A DNA stretch of 64,000 bases from Mytilus californianus (lineage: Eukaryota), in the NCBI RefSeq assembly GCF_021869535.1, contig NW_026262734.1:87420001-87484000 (forward strand), written 5' to 3'. Below, one piece after another: positions 50,619 to 62,219 of this stretch. The notes under the pieces are model-generated. The model had not been told where the DNA came from. It searched no databases and was given only the letters and a program-made list of their open reading frames with translations. Position numbers and translations under genes: made by a program. The first letter of the stretch is position 1; the number at the start of each line of letters is the position of its first letter.

Positions 50619-52206
50619 GGTTGTCTAAAACAAAGATTTAAATTATTCATATGCTGATTGGTAAAATGGGTAAAATTAATAAAATAATGACCTCTGTGCG
50701 TACGAAAATATTTTTCTTATTTTTTAATGATATAAAACAATCACTAGTTACCTCAGTGTTTTAGTGGGGTTCGTGTTGCTCAGTTTATCAGTTGTAAGTG
50801 TTCTGTGTTTAATTTTGTAGACTGTTCATTATCGTTTCGCCTTCTTTGTTTTTAGCAATGTTATAGTCTGTTTTTTTTTATTAGAAACACTTATTAAGGA
50901 TTTTTATCAGAAAGACTCAAACACTAACATTTGAAAGCCAAGTATGAAAATTTAATTGTGGATGTAACACGTCTCCTAATTGGCTGAAAGTTGTTTGTCT
51001 ATCAGTTCATAATTTTGTCATGTGACCGTGACGTCATCAACGGTTTTTCATGATTTACTCCTTAAAAATGGAATTTAGAATTAAATTATAACTAGTGACT
51101 TTTTTTTTCTGTCTATTTGAAATATCCTCAAAAATGTGGTGCATACTTGTTAAAACTTATTCAGTGAGCACCGCATTTTAAGGTTATTTCTTCACAGTCA
51201 TTCCTTAAATAATTGAATAAGCGATTTTTAATAATTTCGAAATTTATCAATGTGGAATTTCAGAAAAGTTTGTTATTATTCATGTGAACACCGAAACACT
51301 CACTTACTACTGAGGTAATGATTTCATCGGGAACCAGACGTCTAACATCAGCTCTAAGTCGAGTTAGAGCTTGGCATCGAAAGTAAATTAAATTAAAATT
51401 AACTTGGTGTTCGACTTTAAAGTCGATTTAAAATTTTAAGTTGAATTTCGAATTGAAAATACAAGGTAAAATTCAAGTTTAAGATAAAATACAATATCAA
51501 AATAAGAAGATTTGGTATGATTGCCAATGAGACTATTCTCCACCAGCAAGATATTAATAAACTGACATATGTTAATGTTAAATCAGTATAATCTGCGTCA
51601 AATAAAAATCGACCTTATGCAAATAAATATCAATATATCTGTTAACCTATTTCGGGTTGAAAAAACCTCCATGCAAAGTCTATAACTGCTTGAAAATTCA
51701 GTTAATATCAGAACCCTACAAAACAGACCACCATTCATCTCTTATTTCATATTTGAAGGTTCGAAAATCAAGCAAAGTCTTACACATGTACATGAATACG
51801 TTCACTTGCGTAAGGTCGATTTCTATCCGATGCGGCTCATATGTTGTCGACGGAAATATGATATACAAGTCCCTCATTAATCGACACTATTATCCAAATT
51901 ACAAAGCGAAATTTATTGAGGTAGTCAATCAGTGTTTTATGCGTAATCATTAGTTTGAACTAAATTGTCTTCACATAGAAACTGTTTCATAAGAAATTTC
52001 CAAGAAAGATAAAAGGTATTTTCAAGATATTATTAGCTCATGTATATAGAGCATATATATAATTCTTGCTTATCGTTTAACAATGCTTTTATTTCTGTTT
52101 CTTCCAATCAAAATGTTCTGCCACCCCGCTAATAAAAGCTAGTGCAAACCCTTTGTAGTTTTCATCTTTAACGTTATATTTATTTCTAAAAACTATTATT
52201 TCTTAC

Positions 52207-52263
52207 CTTTGATGCAACCTTGATACGGGAATGTAATTATCTAATCTTGCACTCGTATTTATA
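52207..52263 (-). promoter_or_regulatory. TATA box (52263-52256) and short non-coding first exon of peptide A
   Basis: Minus strand reads TATAAATACGAGT..TTACATTCCCGTATCAAGGTTGCATCAAAG|GTAAGA, homologous to the paralog B promoter. Confidence 0.8.
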
Positions 52264-52650
52264 ATACAGCAGCGTGTTTTGAAACGTGAATCAGAATTGT
52301 TTTTAATTTCATACTTTTTGACTTTATTTGTGTTTGTCTTGTTCAACAATCAAAGTACATTAAACATACAATGCTATAAAGTAGAGAAAAATGAAATGCT
52401 TTGTTGTTAACTCATTTTTACTATTATTCAAAACATATGTAAAGTACAAAAATTCTACGTCCTGTCAGTAATAAACAACAAAATTACAAATGTTCAAAAC
52501 AAAAATCGACTTATAAACCATAGAGTGATCTATCAATATATAAAAACCATATTTTCCTGGATGTCAAACTGCTCATCATTTCAGTGACAAAACCACATTA
52601 ACAAATTGCGGTTATATTGGTCAGCAACGCTTCAGAACTCGTTGCAATAC

Positions 52651-52707
52651 TATAAATACGAGTTGAATATTCAATATTTACATTCCATAATCAAGGTTGC
52701 TAAACAG
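52651..52707 (+). promoter_or_regulatory. TATA box (52651-52658) and short non-coding first exon of peptide B
   Basis: TATAAATACGAGT..TTACATTCCATAATCAAGGTTGCTAAACAG|GTAAGA. Confidence 0.8.
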
Positions 52708-53483
52708 GTAAGACACAATAGGTTTAAAAATATAAAAAAATATATCGTTGTAAACCAGCGATTTTAGCAAAAGCTTTTATAAGATGGTCAAGAAAAAGAG
52801 GCATACATTCTCTGCACGAAGGGAAAGGTAATAAAAGCATGGATTTTTTATGTAATACTAAGATTAATTAAGGCAACAGTTATTCAACGATGTTCCGAAA
52901 TATCCTTTTAATGTTTCCTTGGAATGGATTGTAAAAAGTTAGTTGTACGAGAAGTAACAGTTATTAATAAAATCCATAAAATCAAATAAAGTACGTCGGA
53001 AAATATTCTAAAGGTGTAAACTAAGGACAAACATAAAACACTGATTTACTCCCTTTATAAAGTTCTCTTTGTAATTTGGCGATTGATGTGGCAATTATTA
53101 TATCATAATCGCAATTGACAAGTAGCATATGCATCTTTCTATTCTTAAGGTATTTTGCTTTACATCAATGGTTCAAATCATTATTAATCAATTTAATGTA
53201 AAAGTTTTACCATGTATATTGACCAAAAATTAAGTCACTGTGTTGATACTTAAAGAAGCGTATTGTATGTACATAATTTTATATCGAACTGCTGCCTTCA
53301 CATCTTCCAATATACCAAATTTGACACTATTTTATGTTTTTATTACGAAGTTTAACTTGAAGTAACAACTCGAAGTTCAACTTGAAATTTAATTCGAAGT
53401 TAAATGATTATTCTAACTAGATAACCAAGGTTTCTTAAATTCAACTAAATTTCGAAGTGAAAGAGTAATTTGATATTTATATA

Positions 53484-53873
53484 TATCAAGCACTATCCCT
53501 CCCGTTAGGGGTTTAGTATCATACCATCATAAAATATATGAGAAGAACATAACCCGTATTATGCCAACAACTGGTTTTAGAATAAATGTGTTTATTTCCG
53601 ATGCAAAGACCCTATAAGTGAATCAATATTAAAGCCAACATATGCCATCTTTAATGACCTGACAACAGTATCGTAACTATATCCCTTCTTAATAAGTCTG
53701 TTTAAAGGTTTTGTTAGCTTTAGAGGTGAATGCCGACATTTTTGTGCTTTGTAAAGAATATTACCACAAAAGATTGGATGTGAAATACCTGAACGTATCA
53801 GATGTCTGCATGTTGATTTATATTTACGAATGATGTCCTTGTACCGATGATAAAATTTAGTAAATGTTTTGAC
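53484..53873 (-). mobile_element. 5'-truncated Penelope-like retroelement (open RT C-terminus plus short 3' tail)
   Basis: Uninterrupted 93-aa frame 53873-53592: VKTFTKFYHRYKDIIRKY..GISHPIFCGNILYKAQK..NRLIKKGY..LHRK*. Confidence 0.72.
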
Positions 53874-54010
53874 TTGTTTGTGATATCGAAAACCCTGGTG
53901 TAATAATATTTCAGTAATACATATATTTCTTTCGCTAAAATCTAATACGTTGTTACATATACGAGCAAATCATGTATATACATAATTTGTATCTTTCGTT
54001 TTAGCTAACC

Positions 54011-54068
54011 ATGAAACCCATCACTTGTCTCCTCTTCGCCATTTTCCTGTTTGGAATAGCAATACAAG
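54011..54068 (+). CDS. Secreted Cys/Gly-rich peptide B (101 aa), signal-peptide exon
   Basis: TTTTAG|CTAACC ATG..CAA G|GTATGA encodes MKPITCLLFAIFLFGIAIQ. Confidence 0.9.
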
Positions 54069-54499
54069 GTATGATTTCAGCCATGTCTAAGAAAATGTTA
54101 AAATATCCTAAAATTTTATCGTAAAAATCTGACTAATTGAAAAATGAAGATGATAGATAGCATTTTCATTTATTCCTGACAGGAGAGGCTTACCACCTAA
54201 ATTAATTTCACATCTTCTTTTTGAAATCGCCTTTAGTAGAAAAAGTCGAACCAAAAACTTTAAATTGATATTGTTTGTTTTTCCTTATTTTCTGACTTTA
54301 AAGGATACTCACAGTGAAGGTACAAAACGATATTGTTGGTACGTTCACCAAATACATGAATAAATGAAAAGGATAGGTTTACAGGGAACATTGACTATAT
54401 TCACATTGTAATTACTGCTGTTCTTCATATTTACACTCCTATGACATATCACCTGTTACCTCACAAGTATGTAAAAACACAAATCTTATAGCTAAATTT

Positions 54500-54547
54500 C
54501 GTGCGTCTAACACGCTTTTTCTGAATTTACCTTCATCAGGAACACTC
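54500..54547 (-). ncRNA. Degenerate minimal hammerhead-ribozyme motif (PLE type)
   Basis: Minus strand reads GAGTGTTC-CTGATGA-AGGTAAATTCA-GAAA-AAGCGT-GTT-AGACGC. The core is intact and the stems are mismatched. Confidence 0.5.
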
Positions 54548-55089
54548 ATACCAACGTATTGAAAGGCTAAAGACGTATACAATCTTGAATACATGTACAT
54601 GAGGACCTATATGATCAAAAGGAGACATAAAAGGAATAACTCAATCATATACAGGTCAAATTTGTATGAATACTAGTTTCTGAATTCATTTTGTAATGTT
54701 AGAACCGACACATTGACTATCGGGGACTATATATAAATAAGAAGATGTGGTATGAGTACCAATGAGACAACTATCCATCCAAGTAACAATGAGTAAAAAA
54801 TAAACAATTATAGGTCAAAGTACGGCCTTTAACACTGAGCCTTGGCTCAAACCGAACAGCAAGCTATAACGGGCCCCAAAATGACTAGTGTTAAACAATT
54901 CAAACAGGAAAACCAACGGTCTAGCACTCCACTAGATGCAGTATCGACCATATGCTAGAAAATGAGAGAGAGAAAAAACCACACTATATAACTTTGGTAC
55001 GTCAGAAGCTCTTTTAAGGATTCCCCTTACTAGGGCATGCTGATCCACAAAATTTTGAATGCCAATGTGTATAATCCTGTATATATAAG

Positions 55090-55203
55090 CAATAATTGTT
55101 TAGTGTCTTTAAATATCAGCTGTATTTGTACGAGGCTAAGAAACAGGTGTAATGCGAGCTTCAACGTACAATAACTGTAATTAAAGACACTAAACAGTTA
55201 TTG
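55090..55203. repeat. Fold-back element in intron 2 of peptide B
   Basis: CAATAATTGTTTAGTGTCTTTAA / TTAAAGACACTAAACAGTTATTG arms. Confidence 0.72.
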
Positions 55204-55679
55204 TCTTTATCCTGAAATTAATTTTGTACCTTTTTTCCCATCCCAATCGCTGAATTTGTTTTTGAATGAAATCGACATGACTTAAACGCGGACTGCAATG
55301 ATGACCCCAAATTGAACTGTGATGTAAACAATAATTTGACATAACCGTTCGCTCGCAACAGAAACAGGATATCAGGAGACTATAAACGTCTAGTATACGT
55401 TTATCGCCTCGTGTTATCTGTACACCTGTATTAGTATAGTAGACAGGTCGATTGCAGGATAAATACTTGAATACCCGAGGAGCTATATAACCAAAAAGGA
55501 TGTACATGTCATTTGGTTTGATTATGTGTGACGTTTTGTGGCTGTCTCATTGACGTCTTTCACACCTTTTTTTATTGTTGCGATAATGTTTACATAGTCA
55601 TTGCCTGAAACTTATTATTTGTTATCCATTATCTTATATGTGACATTGCTGCTCTTCATTTAATTACTGACTATTTTAG

Positions 55680-55705
55680 GAACAACTGCTAGATGCTATT
55701 CATGG
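55680..55705 (+). CDS. Secreted peptide B, 26-nt microexon
   Basis: TTTTAG|GA ACA ACT GCT AGA TGC TAT TCA TGG|GTAAGA encodes (G)TTARCYSW, phase 1/0. Confidence 0.9.
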
Positions 55706-56141
55706 GTAAGACTGAACTTTTACAATTCTAAATAAGTACTTTTATGTTTGGGGTTTAATTTCAAGCTTTTTTATTTTCATATTTTGTTTTTGTTTTATTC
55801 TTCTAGTATTATTATTTTCCTTTGCTATCTTAAATTTATGGATTTTTTTTAAAGGAATGATAAAAACAAAACCAATACTTCTTCATTTAGGAATTTCATT
55901 AAAAAAAATCGTAATTATTGAATGTAATTATGTTATTAAAGCACAATAGTTATATTTAAACTTGTTCATATCAACTTATACAAAAAAGCAATCCACGATT
56001 TGAAAATCTGTTGTCACTAGTAGTATCCCTTGAAAAGTTTATTGAGATGTATTTGAAAAGTTACTAAACATAAACACTTTTTGATTTCATTTAGACAATT
56101 AAAAATTTCATTCATCGGATCTGTCTTATTTCTTTGTTTAG

Positions 56142-56358
56142 CCTAGAGTATGTCCACCATGGAAGCGATGTATACCAACTCAATGGTACCCATATTACTA
56201 TTGTGCTCAAAGGTGGGGACATTCAGGAGGTCCTTGGAAAGGCGGAAACTATGGTATCTGGGGTAGATACAACAGCGGAGGTTGGGGTAACCGAGGTGGA
56301 GGATGGGGTAGCCGAGGTATCAATTATGATAGAGGATTCGGAAGGAAGAAAGGTGGTT
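56142..56358 (+). CDS. Secreted peptide B, main exon
   Basis: TTTAG|CCT..GGT T|GTAAGT, 217 nt, encoding PRVCPPWKRCIPTQWYPYYYCAQRWGHSGGPWKGGNYGIWGRYNSGGWGNRGGGWGSRGINYDRGFGRKKGG. Confidence 0.9.
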
Positions 56359-56629
56359 GTAAGTATATAATATGGTTAGAACATTTATATTTCTTTGAAT
56401 TTATAATTGCTTAGATATATTATAAATTTCTCAATCAATATAACTACATTTTAATTGTAAGTTGTAAGTTTCTTATAGTCTTCGGTGTCACAAGACGTTT
56501 TTTTGGTATGGAAAAATATGGCACAAAGAGCATTTCTCACGTTTTAAAAACATGTTTCTTCAGATTACGATATTGAGCTGACGGAAATACAGTAGTTTCG
56601 AGAGATTTTAACTGATCAAACACTTTTTT

Positions 56630-56659
56630 TCTTTCTTTCTTTTCTTTCTTTCTTTGTTT

Positions 56660-56699
<40 letters not shown>

Positions 56700-56712
56700 T
56701 TTATCTTTCTTT
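56630..56712 (+). repeat. (TTTC)n microsatellite
   Basis: A TTTC run is directly visible in the last intron of peptide B. Confidence 0.9.
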
Positions 56713-56837
56713 AAAAGAATTAACAGTTGTATAACATAAAGTCCTTTTTTCAGCATGTTCAATGGCAATTTTGTGAAATAACACATAAACACTCATGGTA
56801 TGGATTTGATTTCAACTTCATGCTTTATCATTTGCAG

Positions 56838-56842
56838 ATTAA
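56838..56842 (+). CDS. Secreted peptide B, terminal coding exon (5 coding nt)
   Basis: TTTGCAG|AT TAA completes Tyr-stop. AATAAA lies near 56896 and 56930. Confidence 0.8.
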
Positions 56843-59800
56843 TTATAAAAGATGAAAACTGCGAAGATTGACCAGATAATTGAGAGATTTTATGAAATAA
56901 ATTTGTATTGAACAGTACATGTATTTTCTAATAAATGCCACCGTATTTATTTTATTTGCGCAAGGGACAATTTGAATTTGAAGCTTGAATGTCCTAAATC
57001 GTTATTTGCTTCAATATAGATACATTTTACACTGAAATGAAGATCACTAGATTTAATTGTTGAACTATAATTATTTAAATCTTCAAATATAACTGTGTTT
57101 AGTTTGCTACTGATGTTTTTTTAATTTTGTGACTAATTCGTCATACCGGATGAAAATGTGACTTGACGCAACACAAATTAAAAAAAGTCACGGCCTCAAA
57201 TCAGTTGCTGATGTCAAAGCTAATTACAAATTACGAATTAATATAAATTCACATTCACAAATATTATTTAGAAACAAGCAACAAGTGCTTATATCAATCT
57301 TTCTCTAATTTTCATGCTATTTTCATATGTCTCGATCGGTGTAAGAAAAAAAATTCTTATCTCTGTTCTCGGCAAATGATTGGTCGAAATTTCAATTATG
57401 ACGTCAATTTTCTTGATTTCTACTGAATTTCCTATTGTAAGGTCATGAAAAAAGGCGACCATGCCTGATGACGTCACTTATAAAGAACACAACTTTCTAC
57501 AAATCTTTGAAGAGGAAGGATAAACTTTTTTCGATATCGTCTTACAATAATTAAGGAAACAGATTCCTACACTATACGTTGTAGCTCGTGTATTACGTTA
57601 TTTCTCCACTCTCAACGTTTAAATTTTTAATATTCAAAAAGCTCGACAAACCTCGCGTTTTAAATTTTAAGATTTAGCTGTCTCGAGTTAAGAAAAATTG
57701 TACCACACTTGATGCAGTGGTGGAATTAATCTTTCTGATTTAGAGTTAATCCCTCAGTTTTTGTTTGTTACCGTGATTTGTTTATGGCTTTATGCAATTT
57801 GAACAACATTATATTACTGCCTATATGTAACCAAATGCGAGATATTTAAGAAAGAAAATCAGTTGTGATTTCCAAGTTAAAAATCATTTCAGAAAGATAA
57901 CGAAAGCTTCTGGTAAATAAATATTTGTGGGAGTTCTAGATCTTGTTGCTGTATTATATTTCACATCTCAGTCATTTATATGTTTTAATTTGTATTGACT
58001 AATTCGCCTTTTCAGAATCTAAAGGACTATGGGTAATCTCATTGTTCGTACACCAAAATGAAAATAACGTTGCGTCATTGGTTCAATTTCCATTGTTTAG
58101 AACGTTTTAAACAAATCAAAACGTTTTGGTGTACGCTTTTGAAAATATAACCCAGAATGCATTATATTCTGAAACGGCGAATTGATTTCTATATTCAATC
58201 AAAACATATCCAGGGTTTGACATTTTTGCTCATATCTATGAAATCAGTGTTATGTCGGGTACACACCTGGTGAGTTTTATCAAATCATACATTATCATTA
58301 AGGTCACAGCTGCTTTTTATGCCAGTTAACACATAAGATTTTTTAAACACATTTTTTTAAATGAGATTCACTCTGTACTTCGTACAGGTTATAAAAGTAA
58401 CAATATTTGTGTATAAAAGAATTTTCGAAATCCAGAACTAGTTTTAAATGAACATTTTACAGATACAAAGAATAAACAATTGGAGAACTGTCATGTTTCT
58501 GCAGAGCCGTGTGGTCTCAACAGTTAAGGTCATTAATGTCTAGATCTGCAAATTAACACTAAGCGCTCAGGATGTAAACTCTAGTGCTGAAGATGTAACT
58601 CTAGCGCTTATATAGAGTTTATACACCCAGCGAGGGACTCTATATGCCTATCAGATGATTTTACATCTTCGGCGTTTGAGTTTAAATTTTCAGCTCTACA
58701 GTCAACAGGAGCCGTTTACAGTTCTACGTGCATTTACTATTGCAATTGTTTTATAACGAAAAAGACTGTGATTTAAATTCTTGTAAAGTTTGTTTCAGAA
58801 TATTTATTTTCCCCCAGTAGAATAAGACCATGTGAAAAAAATACGGACGATGTATGCCGTAGTTAGAACTTCGAGTAGAGATAGTAGCTTACATGACCCA
58901 AATATTTCTCATAACTTTAGGAATCTTTTCTTATTTGAATTTTATATTTGAGACTTCTTTGTCAAATGACTTATGAATTACATTTTCCTAACTATTCCGA
59001 AGACTCTTATTAGAGTAATCCGGTACCAAAATTACCCAAATGTTTTACTTATTGAAAAATTACAGCCATGCGTAGGAACTATTTTGTTTATAAGATGTAC
59101 TACTGGTACTTTCTTGTATGTTCTGACGGATTGTTAGTTCACGAGGGTACAACTAGCTCAGTAGCCAGTGCTTCGGTACTGGCATGGAAATACGATATTG
59201 TGTAATTAGATTTGCTGTTACAACGTTTGGAAATCATTTTAAATTAAAAATACATCTCCCTTATACAAAGCTCTAATTCCTTGCCCAGATTTGGCTATAC
59301 ATTTTATCCTTTTTGGTTTCTAGCTCTTCATTTTTAAAATAAGCTTTGGATTTAAAGAAATGTCGGACTCAAGTATCACCAAAGAGACGCATCTGGTGCA
59401 GAAACATTAGTAACGTTAATGTTATTCTTTTTGATCGGGCCTTATTTAGAGGTTCTATACCTACCAATTAAAACAATCTCTATTGCTAAAAATTTTAGTA
59501 TGTAACTTAAACCTAACATTGCAGAACTGTATGATGTAATGAAGTCTTTTAGTAATGTGATTATGGTCAAATAGCAAATACATGTATGTCGGCCAGATTC
59601 AATCTTTGATTCTGACTCGAATTTCAAAGTTAAATAGTGAGTGAACAAAGTTGTGAACAAAGGGTTACACTATGTTGAAATATTATCAGTGAATTTATTA
59701 TCTCATCTGTAACATGTTGTACCGATATTATTTTCGTTTTCCAAATCCCCAAGTCATGTTCTTCAACTGTGAAGTGTGGGATATTTATATTTATTATAGA

Positions 59801-60037
59801 CTCAGTAGTAAATACAGATAAATTGTATGTGTAATACGGTCAACGGTAATCGTGCTGTATCAGCCATCCGTGATGATATCAATATCAGTCACGGTTGCAA
59901 AGTCTTTATCATACCTTTAATCTGTATGACGCCACGTCATCGATATCAGTCACTGTTGCAAAGGCTTTATCAAACCCCTAATCTGTATAACGTCATGTCA
60001 CATAAAAAACATCTATTTGAGGTATATAATAAAGTGT

Positions 60038-60169
60038 ATATGATATGGCTTTTTCAATATCACACACCGTATCAACCCTCAACCAATATAATCCCGCGAG
60101 CAGAGCTCTTGGGATTATATTGGTGTCTCGGGTTGATACATATGTGATATTGAAAAAGCCATATCATAT
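60038..60169. repeat. Fold-back element with perfect 27-bp outer arms
   Basis: ATATGATATGGCTTTTTCAATATCACA / TGTGATATTGAAAAAGCCATATCATAT, with further inner stems. Confidence 0.85.
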
Positions 60170-60618
60170 TCTCTATGTATATGCTGATAGGTATTCATGG
60201 TATTATACCTATTATATATGATAAACAATTCTACTGGGTAACACGTTATTACGTGACATAGAATAATTCAGTTAGTTTTCATTTAAATGCCAAGAAGGAT
60301 GAATATCCCTCACAATTACACTCAGCGACAGAAACCTTATTTTTCACTAGTGAATAACCTTTTGGGCTTCTTGATTTGTATATGAGTTATCTCAAATCAA
60401 AAAGACGTCAGAGACGATTGTAAACAAAATGGTAATGGGCACGTTTACAGATGCCCATCAAGTGACGATGAAAGAAGGCTTTCAAATTCATCTAGTGTCA
60501 GGGATAACTCAAAGATCTGTCCTTTCCAAGGCCGTCCATATTTGTTGTACATATACATGAAATTCTAAGACACACAATAATTTGCTTACTTTGAAACTCT
60601 GTTACTACAGTACGTTAA

Positions 60619-60892
60619 GGTGGTACCCAACACCTTGACTAATATTAATTTGGCTCGTTTAATTTTCCTAAAATTTTGACAAAATGTTTACTTTGACCCT
60701 TTGACAAAAATATAAAAATTTCAAATAATTTGAACCAACCACTTTATCAGAAAAATTTCACTGGTTATATAGCAGTTTGACAAACACTAATTTTGATCAT
60801 TGAGAAGCTTAATATTTCCTTAACAATACAACGTGATTAAAACGTTTAATTGATTTTTACAGAGTTATCTCCCTGTAGTGTTAGGTACCACC
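60619..60892. mobile_element. 274-bp TTAA-TSD MITE (Kolobok-like), sister of 6696-6969
   Basis: TTAA|GGTGGTACC..GGTACCACC|TTAA. Confidence 0.78.
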
Positions 60893-61422
60893 TTAAGTGC
60901 TTCTTCAATGGTTCAAAGGGCCCTTCCACTATTAGTTTGATAAAATAAAACAAGTATTGCCCTTTAAAAGCGATGCATATCCATCAGTGGTTTCAAAGGT
61001 CTCTGGAACGAGGTATCTTTTCTTTGGGCCGTAATTGTATGATATACCCAGCTAGCTGCTAAGAATGAGATTATCTTACATGGTACATGGATCGACAGAC
61101 AGACAGACACACAGAAATACGAACGGACAGGGAGATTTTTATATTCAGTAACATCCTTTGTTTAAGAGGTGTATACAAATAATTGTTTCTGGCTGTTGAA
61201 TGTATAAAAATATATTTTCAAACGAAAATGAGAATTTGAGACTCCAAGAAATAGATGAAAACAAACATCAATTCGTCGTAGAGTGACCCACATTGTAATG
61301 CCTAACAACTGTTTAATTTTTTTTGCTTCATTTGAAAACAACTTTGCTGCGTTTGACGTCAACAATTAAGAAACGTTATACACTATAAAAACTTCTCAAA
61401 ATTTTCAAGCCTGTCATTTGGT

Positions 61423-61468
61423 ACACCAAATGCGCGTTTCGTGTACTTAAGTCTCATTGCTGGCGCTC
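61423..61468 (-). ncRNA. Heavily decayed hammerhead-like motif
   Basis: Minus strand reads GAGCGCCA-GCAATGA-GACTTAAGTACAC-GAAA-CGCGC-ATT-TGGTGT, the same layout as 29675-29722 with a mutated core. Confidence 0.35.
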
Positions 61469-62219
61469 GAAACAAAACAGTTGGAAGGACAAACAAAATA
61501 AAAGGATGTTCGGTGGTGAAAAGAGGTCGTCAATTTTTCGTCATATTATTGGTGAAAATGTTTTCTCAGAAATTATTGCGTGCATTTATTATCGCGGTTT
61601 TTGAAGAATTATCAAAAATGAGAGTTAGATTATTGCGGTTTAAGGAAAAGCTACATACAGATATATATATTTGATATCAGAATGCGAGTTCTTATTATTC
61701 ATGTTATTGCGATACTCAAGTAATCGGATTATTCGCATCAATAAAAACCTCGCCATGATTTCTGAATTTACAGTATAACTAACAAATGAACGACTACAAA
61801 ACATCTGTCATAGTGCTGACTTGGGACAGGCATTTTATGGCGAAAATAGTGGGTTAAACTTGGTTTTGCAGGTAGCTGAAGCTTAAACTTGTATGACAAT
61901 TGACAATCATTCCGTTATTTTGACTAAATAAGTTTGGGCAACACATATGAATGTAATTGGTTAAAGCGACAAGAATTGGAAACAAGCAGCTAAAAAATTG
62001 TGTCAACAAACAATAGTTCTATAACACAACAAAATAAAATAATAATATAAAACAAAACAGACATACAGACAAAATAATCGTTTATTCGGTAAAAGATATA
62101 AGCCGATAACAGTCCATTCTGTCAAAATATTTTACAGAATGAACTGTTAGAGGTTTATATTTTACTTAAAACATTGTTTAACATGTCAAAAAAGGTGAAA
62201 AAAAACAAACTTTTGTTAA

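Noticed and set aside
56134-56370. ORF-track protein MFSLEYVHHG.. (and 48125-48415, 47840-48100 on the minus strand)
   Set aside because: These are alternative frames of the peptide main exons. Splice phases and paralog conservation select the PRVCPPW frame.
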